Assembly: GCA_016215345.1 (NCBI GenBank)
Contig: JACRKD010000025.1
Coordinates: 1-39,060 of the forward strand
Direction of reading: 5' to 3'
Length of the DNA stretch: 39,060 nt
Source: Candidatus Vogelbacteria bacterium
GTDB lineage: Bacteria; Patescibacteriota; Minisyncoccia; Phycocordibacterales; UBA12445
Shown here in pieces: positions 8,734-16,625 of this stretch; position 1 is the first letter of the stretch, and every line of letters starts with the position of its first letter. The notes below the pieces were generated by a model. It saw only the letters and a program-made list of their open reading frames with translations, was not told where the DNA came from and did not search any database. The position numbers and the translations under genes are program-made.

Positions 8734-8756
8734 GCTAACTGTATATACACTAGTAT
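8728..8756 (+). promoter_or_regulatory. Candidate sigma70-type promoter for the plus-strand orphan unit (TTGACA-N17-TAGTAT)
   Basis: TTGACA 8728-8733, 17-nt spacer, TAGTAT 8751-8756. It is a mirror image of the rpsZ promoter. Confidence 0.5.
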
Positions 8757-9019
8757 CATGGTCAGAAATGAGACTCATTGTGATGGAGTTCAGCATGCCA
8801 TCTTAAATCGTGCAAACTCCGACAAGGCATCGGGGGAAGGAGACCGTATGGGAAACGATGCGCTGGGTGGTACGTCATTGACAAGAGAACAAGAAGGCAA
8901 AATCGAACTTCAGGCCAATCCATGCTAGCCGTAATTGCAGCGAACCGGGATAAGTTCAGAATCTCCTTATCGAAAGAGTCACTCCGATGACTACCGGCAT
9001 CCAAGAAGGAGGAACAGAG

Positions 9020-9487
9020 ATGGAAATGTCAGCGCCGAGAAACAAGAATCAGCTCATCGATGAGTTGCGGCGTATCTATCGTGGCGCCACGACAATTGGA
9101 CTGAATAACCCACAAGAGGCGGAGATAAAAAGAGACGCCATGGCTTTGTTCAGAGCGTTAAGGGCAAGGGCTAGCATGGAAGCGAGAACCAAAACAGAGT
9201 CCGCCACTATATACCGAATAATCCCTGGGAGCAAATCGTATCGGGAAGAAGTCGTAAGACGACTGAGTGGAATCCTGGCTCATCACGGCCTCAAGCTCGC
9301 GAGCGATACCCTGAAGGAAAGCCAGGAACAATCCGTTGGCCTTACCGTCTCCGGCTGGACGGATACACAAAATCCTCGCGACGACACCGGAGCCACGAAA
9401 CAGGCCATATACCGACCTCGTTCCACGCGTAAAAAGGAGGAGAAAGATGACAAAGGCACCCACGCCGGGGTGCCGGTCCTAACATAA
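9020..9487 (+). CDS. Orphan hypothetical protein (155 aa; helical N-terminal half, charged disordered-looking tail). The track ORF starts at 8987.
   Basis: A 166-codon stop-free frame is unlikely by chance in ~55% G+C sequence. AGGAGG at 9007-9012 lies 7 nt before the ATG at 9020. I recognise no family. Coding status is not proven. Confidence 0.5.
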   Translation: MEMSAPRNKNQLIDELRRIYRGATTIGLNNPQEAEIKRDAMALFRALRARASMEARTKTESATIYRIIPGSKSYREEVVRRLSGILAHHGLKLASDTLKESQEQSVGLTVSGWTDTQNPRDDTGATKQAIYRPRSTRKKEEKDDKGTHAGVPVLT

Positions 9488-9528
9488 CACATGAAATTTT
9501 CAGGGGTACGGACGACTAAGAAACCACG

Positions 9529-9561
9529 TCCCGCGCAGAGAAAACCTGACGCGGGATTTTT
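9529..9561 (+). terminator. Intrinsic terminator closing the orphan unit. It probably acts in both directions, because the convergent giant gene ends at 9595.
   Basis: Stem tcccgcg (9529-9535) / cgcggga (9550-9556) followed by TTTTT (9557-9561). An A-run on the other side could serve the minus strand. Confidence 0.7.
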
Positions 9562-9594
9562 AATTGCTGAAAATATATGTAATTGACCTTACTG

Positions 9595-10069
9595 TTACCA
9601 GAGTCCCGAAGGATTCGTGTTAGTTGTATTATTTGTGAAAGTTACGTTAAGCGCGGTTTCAACTGTCGAATTTCCCACTACCTGAACAGCCGTTGTATTA
9701 TTCGAAAACAAAACATTGTCCAAAGAAATTTTAGAGTTGGTATATTTTATTCCAGTCTTCGCCCCGTTTATTGTAAGTCCCGCGAGATGTGAACTGCTTC
9801 CGGAATTCATCGTTATACCATTCCACGCGCCCTTAGCGCCTTCGGCCGATGTTGAGGTGAAGATTACACCTGAAGAGGTAAGCCCATTTGTTTCCAGACG
9901 TCCGCTTATGGACAGAGAGCCGGCGTTACCGGTGAGACCCGCCTTAACGACTGCGCCATCTTCAAGAGAAAGAACGGAAGACGCCGGCACGGAAACGGTC
10001 CCGGACAGAAAGTAGGGCAAAGTATTCCCGGCAAGGGTAGTGGTCGCACCAGCAAGTGAAATCCCCCCC
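9595..10069 (-). CDS. C-terminal ~155 codons (beta-helix repeats) of the giant LTD protein, in the downstream reading frame after the G8 frameshift
   Basis: Track ORF 9595..10131. The sequence is only protein-like after ...RGG: ISLAGATTTLAGNTLPYFLSGTVSVPASSVLSLEDGAVVKAG... It continues the upstream frame if one G is removed from the run at 10063-10070. Confidence 0.75.
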
Positions 10070-13000
10070 CTGTAAGTTAATCGTGTCGGAAACATTTCCT
10101 GAACCGCTGTTACCGCTAACCGCGCCAACAAGCGGCCCGCTCAAACTAAAGGCTGACACCGCGTTGTTTGTAAAAATATTATCCTTAACGTCGCCCTTAA
10201 AGCCGACGATGGAAAGACCGGTTGCATTATCTGTAAATTGGTTATTGGTTATATAACCGCCGGTTCCATCTTCCGCGTACGCTCCCGCGGAAAAAGTGGT
10301 ACCGGTATTAAATCTAAATATATTACCGCTGACGGGAGAACTCGATTTGTTTATATACAGTCCATAAGCTTTAGAGTATTCGAAGATTGAATCAGAAATT
10401 GGAGGCGAAACATTTTCAACATAAAGCATGGCTTTTTTATAAAGACCGGTTCCGTAATTCCCGCCGTATCGCCAAACAGTATTATCGAAAGATGACCCAC
10501 CGCTCCCGCTGTAAAGCTCAACCCCAAACCAAGTTCCTTTTGCCGGCGCGACCAAAACTCCATCAGTATCTCCGCCGTAGGTATCATCGGCAAAAGCTGT
10601 AAATACAATCTTATTGTCGGCCATCCCGTTCGCGATGATATTTCCGCTAGCCTTAACCTTCGCCGCCTTGTTAAACTTAACAACAACTCCGGGTTCTATA
10701 GTTAAAGTCTTACCGGAAGAAATCTGCAAGGTTCTGTCATCCACAACATATGGGCTTCCGACTTTTTTCAGAGTTAAATCGGAATTTATATCTTCGTTTC
10801 TATTCAAGAGATAGTTAAGACTGTTCCTCGCCTTCGGTGTTCCGATGACGGAAGCGCCCGAAACATTCTTCCCGTTTATAATGAGCCCGTAGTTCGAACT
10901 CCAGTTGGAACTGCTGGCGCCCGCTAAATCAGGATTATATCTTTCATAACTGTAACTTGAATTCGCCCCGCACCACTTATTACAGAAAGCAATTTCATCT
11001 ACAGTGGTAGTCGCCTGATTCGAAGTACCTGAAGATGCAACCGACAGTATTAAATTCTCGCCGTTATTATTTAATCCGCCACCGAAAGATGCCCAAAGAT
11101 CGGCAGAAATATCTTTTATCGGACTTTGCGTATCTTCACTGGTCTCTCCGTCATTCTTCCTTTCAATCAGATAATAACCATGGGAAGGTATAGCGCCAGA
11201 TAATTTCAGGTACGGATCCATATCGGTCTTGGAGTAAAGAGTGAAGCGAAAAAGATCTACGTCATAAGGTGAACGATTATAAAGTTCGATCCACTCATCC
11301 TCCGGGTGTGAAGCCGTCCCGCCCCAAGCGACTTCGTTTATAACAACCGGTGAGGCGGAAACATAAACACTCTTAGTCGATGTCGCGGAACTTGCCTGCC
11401 CGATTGTATTCTCGACCGGAGACCCTACCGCGTAAGCGGCGAGCGAAAGCTGGCGCGAAGAATCATTCTCAATATTTATCGTCGCTGACAATGTCGTTGA
11501 AGAAAACTTTGTCAGATCACCGCTGTTGTTTAAAAGGTAAAAATCAACACCGGAAGCGATACTACTCCAATTCAAGGTAATGGTTGGGTTCATTAAAAGA
11601 CAACTTCCAAGGGAAATGGACCCGCCACATTCCGGGATAGAAAAAGTTAAATCAGGCGAAGTAACTGGCATAGGGGGCGGAAGAGAGATAGAAACACTTT
11701 TTGTCGAGGTTGCAGAGTGTAGCCCAGAAACAGAATATGATGCGAGAGAAAAAGCGCGCGACTCACCTACGGGTATATTTACATTTGTTGAGAGGGTTGT
11801 TGAAGAAAATTTGGTTAAAAAACCGCTCGTATCCAAAAGGTAAAAACTCAAGTCTGTCGAAGTACTGCCCCAGTTCAAAATTACATTTCCGAGTTCGCTC
11901 GAAAAAGTACAGTCGAGAGGGGCGCAAGCTGGAATAGAAAAAGATAAATTTGGAACGATTGGGGTCGGCGGTGTAACTGTGACTAGCACTGGTTCAATAA
12001 TCGCTTCAGTGGAAGTTGCAGTATCCATAACCAACTCCTCCGCCAGCAGAGCGGAAGTAGATGTCGCAACCGTTTCAGTTGTAATTGTAGCGGCTTGAGT
12101 TTGGGAATTAGATAAAGTCTGTTGCGATGCTTCTTGCGATAAAATACTCGAAACAACTACTTGCGCCACGGGGACAACAGGAAACTGCGCCGCGGACCCT
12201 ATCGAACCGCCTGAATAATAGATCGGGGCTAACGCTTGAGTTATGGGCTCAACGGCCGGAATCGTTACAAAAGAAATATTTGGAACAGAAACCATTATTG
12301 GCCGATGAGCCTCCTGTGCAGCAATTTTAATAGGCTCTGCGCCGGCAACAGGAATGGTCTCCGGAGGTCGAACCTCCGGGAATATTGGTCTATTTACCGG
12401 TACGGCAATCTCCGGAGGTCGCCTTCCTGCCGGCGAGGCAGGAACCTCCGATTTTCTAAGAAGTAAATCGCTAAGCGACATGGAAAGTTCGGCGTTGCCA
12501 GTATTATTTTTATTATCCACCGCGGACTCCGCAGTAACAAAAACAGCTGCCGGCTGGTTCCTCCCGACCAAAGATTTTATAGCTACAGATATATTATCGA
12601 TGGCAGAAGAAGCGGCTGCAACCCCGGAGTTTATGGCCATCGTCGCCAAACTTTTAGTCGTATACAAGACAAACGAACCGGCGTTGGTGGCTTCGCTATA
12701 GGCGATCAATGAGCCGTTACCGAAACTCGTTGCGACACCCTTCGCAGTGTTTATCGCGGGCGTAACTATTTTATCTTGAACAAAAAATCCCGTACCTTGG
12801 ACAATCGTCGAAAAAATCCCAGCTGAACTCAATCTTTTATCGAGCGCGATCGCCTCCAAGACCGCCCTCTTTCTTTCTTCCTCCTTCTTCGCCCGATACT
12901 CTTCTCTCGCTCTCGTCGCCTCTTTAAAGAAAAGATCAATAACCCCCGCCCCGGCCAGTATCGCCTGCTTGCCAAGGCGATCGAAGTAGCCAGAGAGGAC

Positions 13001-13813
13001 GGAGGTGTCATTGTCCACCATCAAACTGTATTTTTTAACACCCTTGAGGTCAAAAGTAACATTAAGCAACTTAAATTTATCGCCCATGAGAAAATCTTCC
13101 CCATAAGCGTAGACATCATCGTATTCGATAGCAACTGGTCGTTTATAAATTTCCGAATTTATTGTGTCTTTACTAAAAAAATTATTATTAGAATAGTTTG
13201 CCAGAAAATCAAAATAGTCCGATAAGGTTAAAAAAACTTTCTTTTGGTTGCCTTCAGAAAAAAGAACGGCGGCTAAATTTTTCAAACTGTTTCTGTCCTT
13301 ATTGTTATCCGTCCAGCTTTCGTATGGAGACTCATTCGTATAAAGTCCCGCCGGGCCGTCGCCAACATGCGGATCGTTACGCGTGTGATCGGGAACTGTT
13401 AAATCTTCCAAAAGATGTATTATGTGCCCCAAGGCCAGATAAGCCTTAGCCTCGTCCCCTTCGGCATAATATTGTATAGCCTTAGGCCAAGAAAACTCAT
13501 TCTCCGGGAGATTATCAAGCGCCCAAGACTTAGAAGTTCTAGCGCCATTGATACCCATATTTCTTATCGGGTCGTAGAAATGATTTAGGGCTCTTACGGC
13601 AGGCCTATCCTCATCTATTGAGCCTTGTATAATCGTCTCTTTTACAGCGTCGTTTAATCCCCGAGCATGGGTGCTATTGTAAAATGCAACTACCTCTTGG
13701 GTCAGTCCGGCATGGGTTGTTTCCGGTTGATAGGCCATGGACTGAAATGGCAAAGCAGAAAAAAGAGCCAGGGATAGAGTTATACAAAGTTTTTTGCAAC
13801 AATAACCAAACAT
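9962..13813 (-). CDS. Giant secreted protein, main frame: signal peptide, Zn-dependent phospholipase C / S1-P1 nuclease-like domain, Pro-rich linker, two tandem ~100-aa repeats, lamin-tail domain (LTD), right-handed beta-helix repeats
   Basis: N-terminal hydrophobic leader. TTHAGLTQE...ALGHIIHLLEDLTVPDHTRN matches the His/Asp Zn-ligand pattern of the PLC/P1-nuclease fold. VVINEVAWGGTASHPEDEWIELYNRSPYDVDL is the LTD signature. NxxxxN/G-rich beta-helix repeats follow. The last 33 codons after ...INLQGG look like out-of-frame nonsense. Confidence 0.85.
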   Translation of the reverse strand: MFGYCCKKLCITLSLALFSALPFQSMAYQPETTHAGLTQEVVAFYNSTHARGLNDAVKETIIQGSIDEDRPAVRALNHFYDPIRNMGINGARTSKSWALDNLPENEFSWPKAIQYYAEGDEAKAYLALGHIIHLLEDLTVPDHTRNDPHVGDGPAGLYTNESPYESWTDNNKDRNSLKNLAAVLFSEGNQKKVFLTLSDYFDFLANYSNNNFFSKDTINSEIYKRPVAIEYDDVYAYGEDFLMGDKFKLLNVTFDLKGVKKYSLMVDNDTSVLSGYFDRLGKQAILAGAGVIDLFFKEATRAREEYRAKKEEERKRAVLEAIALDKRLSSAGIFSTIVQGTGFFVQDKIVTPAINTAKGVATSFGNGSLIAYSEATNAGSFVLYTTKSLATMAINSGVAAASSAIDNISVAIKSLVGRNQPAAVFVTAESAVDNKNNTGNAELSMSLSDLLLRKSEVPASPAGRRPPEIAVPVNRPIFPEVRPPETIPVAGAEPIKIAAQEAHRPIMVSVPNISFVTIPAVEPITQALAPIYYSGGSIGSAAQFPVVPVAQVVVSSILSQEASQQTLSNSQTQAATITTETVATSTSALLAEELVMDTATSTEAIIEPVLVTVTPPTPIVPNLSFSIPACAPLDCTFSSELGNVILNWGSTSTDLSFYLLDTSGFLTKFSSTTLSTNVNIPVGESRAFSLASYSVSGLHSATSTKSVSISLPPPMPVTSPDLTFSIPECGGSISLGSCLLMNPTITLNWSSIASGVDFYLLNNSGDLTKFSSTTLSATINIENDSSRQLSLAAYAVGSPVENTIGQASSATSTKSVYVSASPVVINEVAWGGTASHPEDEWIELYNRSPYDVDLFRFTLYSKTDMDPYLKLSGAIPSHGYYLIERKNDGETSEDTQSPIKDISADLWASFGGGLNNNGENLILSVASSGTSNQATTTVDEIAFCNKWCGANSSYSYERYNPDLAGASSSNWSSNYGLIINGKNVSGASVIGTPKARNSLNYLLNRNEDINSDLTLKKVGSPYVVDDRTLQISSGKTLTIEPGVVVKFNKAAKVKASGNIIANGMADNKIVFTAFADDTYGGDTDGVLVAPAKGTWFGVELYSGSGGSSFDNTVWRYGGNYGTGLYKKAMLYVENVSPPISDSIFEYSKAYGLYINKSSSPVSGNIFRFNTGTTFSAGAYAEDGTGGYITNNQFTDNATGLSIVGFKGDVKDNIFTNNAVSAFSLSGPLVGAVSGNSGSGNVSDTINLQGGDFTCWCDHYPCREYFALLSVRDRFRAGVFRSFS
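10063..10070 (-). repeat. Homopolymer tract (C8 on plus strand = G8 in the coding strand) at the frame junction of the giant gene
   Basis: Direct reading: atCCCCCCCCtg. Minus-strand frames give ...TINLQGG|DFTCW (upstream frame) versus ...TYRGG|ISLAG (downstream frame). Confidence 0.95.
11347..11948 (-). repeat. Two tandem, diverged ~100-aa repeats (protein level) inside the giant gene
   Basis: LSFSIPACAPLDCTF...ILNWGSTSTDLSFYLLDTSGFLTKFSSTTLSTNVNI...ATSTKSVSIS versus LTFSIPECGGSISLG...TLNWSSIASGVDFYLLNNSGDLTKFSSTTLSATINI...ATSTKSVYVS. Unit starts are at 11948 and 11650. Confidence 0.7.
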
Positions 13814-14002
13814 CTCAAACTGTGAACTTCTAATGCTCTCAAAAACTAAATTCTAAAAATCGTTTAGCCCCATTCTCACACCTATTCCAGAATAACCGTT
13901 CGTCCCTCGCACAAAAAATTAGTCATTCTGGAATAAGGGCTCGAACGGCCGCCCCCGCCTACGATTTTTATAATTTGTTTTCTGCGCATTAAAGGCCCCA
14001 TA

Positions 14003-14491
14003 TTATGGCTGAATTATTTTCCAGACGTTTGTATTTGGATTGATGGCAAACTCCAGCAAGTGTTTATTCTCGGCATTTTTAAAAGTACACCCTTCTACAC
14101 CGGAATAATTCTTGTAGCAATCTTTTATGCCAACTGCGCGTATGGTATTTAGATTGTCCATTACCAATGCAAAAGAATTGGATGTTTTGTAATCCATCAA
14201 ATTTCTTAGAGCTTTCGGCTGACTTGGGAGTTCGTAATATTTAGAAGCAAGCTCAATGTTCCCCGCCCTTAGCGCCGTGAGGAAAAGATCGAAGGTTTCC
14301 TCTGGAGTTTTTCCTCCATCTCTGTCATTCCTGAAGGCATCCTCGTTCGCTTTAATTATTCTGTCTGCCTCCTTAACCGCCAAATTATATTTATACTCCC
14401 TATACTGCGGCTCGAAATAGCCAAGCGCAGTTATTAAAATAAAAAGAAGGACAACTATCGCCAGACCCCAGAGAATTATTTTCTTCATCAT
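14003..14491 (-). CDS. Hypothetical membrane-anchored protein (single N-terminal TM)
   Basis: 162-aa ORF. Has an MMKKIILWGLAIVVLLFILITALGYF anchor followed by a soluble domain. No recognised family. Confidence 0.65.
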   Translation of the reverse strand: MMKKIILWGLAIVVLLFILITALGYFEPQYREYKYNLAVKEADRIIKANEDAFRNDRDGGKTPEETFDLFLTALRAGNIELASKYYELPSQPKALRNLMDYKTSNSFALVMDNLNTIRAVGIKDCYKNYSGVEGCTFKNAENKHLLEFAINPNTNVWKIIQP

Positions 14492-14587
14492 TCACAAATT
14501 ATACCACGCCAAAATATAAAAACTATATGGACAAAAAAAGGATTAGTGGCCTACAAAGGACCGCCTTGTATGCTAATATACTAAGAT

Positions 14588-15355
14588 ATGAGTTACTGGG
14601 TAAAGATTACGCTTGTAGCACTAACAGTCAGCTTCATCGGCATGACAGTGGGTTTCTCATATCCAGTTACAAAAGAAGAGATGGAGCGAAAATTTATCGT
14701 AGAGAATCCGCTAAACTTATCCCAAATTGACGCGTTATCGCAATATCGCAGTTGCGCCGGTCATGACTTCCGCGGACCGAGTCTAACAGGAAAAACCGAA
14801 CTGTCTCCACGTTCGTTAAAACACTACGTTAAAGTAAAACAAAAATTCCGAGGAACAATCAATCAAGTTAACGCCTTCGCGCCATTCGACGGAGAAATTT
14901 CCGTAATCGATGAAGACCTAGGCGGACCTACGGATCAACAAATATGGTTAACGCCAAGCTCCAAGAGCCCGCGACAATGGCAATTTGTTTTCTTTCACAT
15001 AAATCTGGATCCGGCACTCCATAAAGGATCGAAGGTTGTCGCCGGGCAAAAAATTGGTACCGCAAATTTAGCCAGGGGCCCGGAAGGATCAACAGACAAT
15101 TTCGATATAGCCGTGAAATTCACTCGCCCGCTACACCGACCGGCCATCGACGCGCCGATGCATCATATGTCTTCCGGCGTATTGGCCGAATATGAACAGT
15201 ACGGCCTCAACGCAGAAAAATTAATCATCCCCGAGAAAGTCCGCGACGCAAACGATTGCCCGGTCTTGCCTAAGGGCGAAGGTGGAGATGGCCCGGATAT
15301 CTATTTCCCGCCAGAAGCGGGAGCAAAAGAATACCTTTTTCTCCGCGCCCAATAA
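14588..15355 (+). CDS. Hypothetical membrane-anchored protein with a degenerate LytM/M23-like beta-barrel signature
   Basis: 255 aa with an N-terminal TM. The layout AGHDF...FAPFDGEISVI...FFHINLDPALHKGSKVVAGQKIGTANL resembles M23 peptidases, but the HxxxD and HxH ligands are not intact. Confidence 0.6.
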   Translation: MSYWVKITLVALTVSFIGMTVGFSYPVTKEEMERKFIVENPLNLSQIDALSQYRSCAGHDFRGPSLTGKTELSPRSLKHYVKVKQKFRGTINQVNAFAPFDGEISVIDEDLGGPTDQQIWLTPSSKSPRQWQFVFFHINLDPALHKGSKVVAGQKIGTANLARGPEGSTDNFDIAVKFTRPLHRPAIDAPMHHMSSGVLAEYEQYGLNAEKLIIPEKVRDANDCPVLPKGEGGDGPDIYFPPEAGAKEYLFLRAQ

Positions 15356-15382
15356 TGTGGCGAGGTCGGACCTCGCCACATT
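15354..15382 (+). terminator. Perfect 12-bp hairpin overlapping the stop codon of the 255-aa gene by 2 nt (no clear U-run)
   Basis: aatgtggcgagg-tcgga-cctcgccacatt. Confidence 0.45.
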
Positions 15383-15520
15383 AAGAGCCGCCAGAGATTC
15401 ATTAGCCCATTTACATCCCGACAGCAATATTATAGCCTTTGCCACAGAAGTTACGGGGAACGTTTACAAATAACAATTTCCTCTAGCTAAGGTGGCCTAA
15501 GGCCGAAAGAAGGAGGCACC

Positions 15521-16618
15521 ATGAGAAAGAATCTCATCTTAATCCTCACGATTGTTCTAACTATTAACGTCTCTCCCCTAAAATGTCTGGCTCTGTCGGG
15601 GGAAACGATTTACGAAAGGAACAAGAGGGCAACCTGCGGCATCATCACAACCTTTGTATATGAACATATAGGGGCCATCGGCACCTACTCGGTAAGCGGA
15701 AGCGGTATCTTTATCAAGCGGGGCGGATACGCGCTAATCGCCAACCACTGTCTGGATTTAAGCAAATTCATACCAGATAATCCTACCGTGCTTAAGACGA
15801 CACTCGAGATCGCGGCGGTACAACAAGGCGACGGAAGAAGAATTTTTGAAGCCAAAGTGGTGGGAGTGAACGCCCCCGCCGATCTCGCCGTGATCCAAGC
15901 AATGGGAATAAAAGATTCGGAGTACGAAGTAGCGGAAGTTGGCGATTCCGGCACGCTACGACCCGGAGAACTGGTTTATGGAATCGGGTGTCCGACTGGA
16001 CAAGACTTCTTCGGCTCCATCTGGTCGACTCGAGTTCAATTCGTAAACCGCCAATTCGGAAAGAACCAAGTAAACTACATGATACAACTAGATTACCCGG
16101 GCATACCTAGCGCTTCCGGCAGTCCGATATTTAATTCTAGTGGAAAAGTCATCGGAATACTGCTCATGAACTTCGGCGAAAAGATGTCCTTCGGGCGACC
16201 TATCAACCTGGCAAAACTACGGCTTCTTCTGAGGGGGGATGTTATCCTACCCAACATAGGTATTTTTGTTCTAGACAGTGACTTCCCAAGGTACTCAAGT
16301 AGAACTGAACTCAAGGACAACGACCTCAAGGTACTGGGAACGTACCTTCCGAATGTTCCGACCGAAAGACTTAGGAGAGTCGCCCTGGCCTCCGTTCGAA
16401 ACTCGGCGATCGTCCTAGAAGTAGACAAAGAAGATCTAAAAGGCAGGTTCACTGCCGGAGATATTATACTCGGGATAGGCTCCAAGCTGGTCAGAGAAGG
16501 TATGGCGCTCAAGGCTCATCTTCTCGGAAGAAAGGTCGGGACGACCATAACACTCAAAGTCCTCCACACCGATACGGGGAAAGTCACACGAGAGAAAGTC
16601 ACCTTGACAGACAAATGA
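15521..16618 (+). CDS. Secreted trypsin-like serine protease (S1C, HtrA/DegP-like) with a C-terminal PDZ domain
   Basis: 365 aa with a signal peptide. Catalytic contexts are IANHCL (His), DLAVIQ (Asp) and PSASGSPIF (Ser). PDZ-like segment GDIILGIGSKLV...GTTITLKVLH. SD GAAGGAGG lies upstream of the start. Confidence 0.88.
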   Translation: MRKNLILILTIVLTINVSPLKCLALSGETIYERNKRATCGIITTFVYEHIGAIGTYSVSGSGIFIKRGGYALIANHCLDLSKFIPDNPTVLKTTLEIAAVQQGDGRRIFEAKVVGVNAPADLAVIQAMGIKDSEYEVAEVGDSGTLRPGELVYGIGCPTGQDFFGSIWSTRVQFVNRQFGKNQVNYMIQLDYPGIPSASGSPIFNSSGKVIGILLMNFGEKMSFGRPINLAKLRLLLRGDVILPNIGIFVLDSDFPRYSSRTELKDNDLKVLGTYLPNVPTERLRRVALASVRNSAIVLEVDKEDLKGRFTAGDIILGIGSKLVREGMALKAHLLGRKVGTTITLKVLHTDTGKVTREKVTLTDK

Positions 16619-16625
16619 CAAGCGC

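Noticed and set aside
8783-8820. GATGGAGTT ... AACTCC pairing resembling the fluoride-riboswitch pseudoknot
   Set aside because: The flanking P1 helix and the conserved AAAC / CUAC elements of the crcB motif are absent. The 6-bp complement alone is weak evidence.
8728-8928. 66-aa plus-strand ORF (56 aa from ATG 8758) in the leader of the orphan unit
   Set aside because: Its ATG lies 1 nt after the predicted -10 (8751-8756), that is, upstream of the likely transcription start. It has no SD, and the peptide looks compositionally random. I treat it as part of the untranslated leader.
9447-9482. AAGGAGGAG plus ATG mini-ORF (MTKAPTPGCRS) overlapping the 3' end of the orphan ORF
   Set aside because: The SD-like string is explained by the KKEEKDD coding sequence of the main frame. 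An 11-codon overlapping ORF has no independent support.
8757-9561. Possibility that the G+C-rich unit is a known large RNA (RNase P, tmRNA, SRP RNA, group II intron domain V, common riboswitches)
   Set aside because: I looked for diagnostic strings: GAGGAAAGUCC / ACAGAAxCCGGCUUA, a tRNA-like acceptor end with tag ORF, GGAA-AGCA domain IV, a D5 AGC-GNRA hairpin, and the TPP, SAM, FMN, B12, glycine, ZTP and c-di-GMP cores. None was found by eye. Only a covariance-model scan could settle this.
9595-9680. Asn/Thr-rich C-terminus of the giant protein (TFTNNTTNTNPSGLW) as a possible diversity-generating-retroelement variable region
   Set aside because: No reverse transcriptase, Avd-like gene or near-identical template repeat is visible anywhere in the window.
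13936-13952. GTTCGAGCCC (minus strand), resembling a tRNA T-loop
   Set aside because: No 5-bp T-stem flanks a 7-nt loop. No acceptor, D or anticodon arms can be drawn around it.
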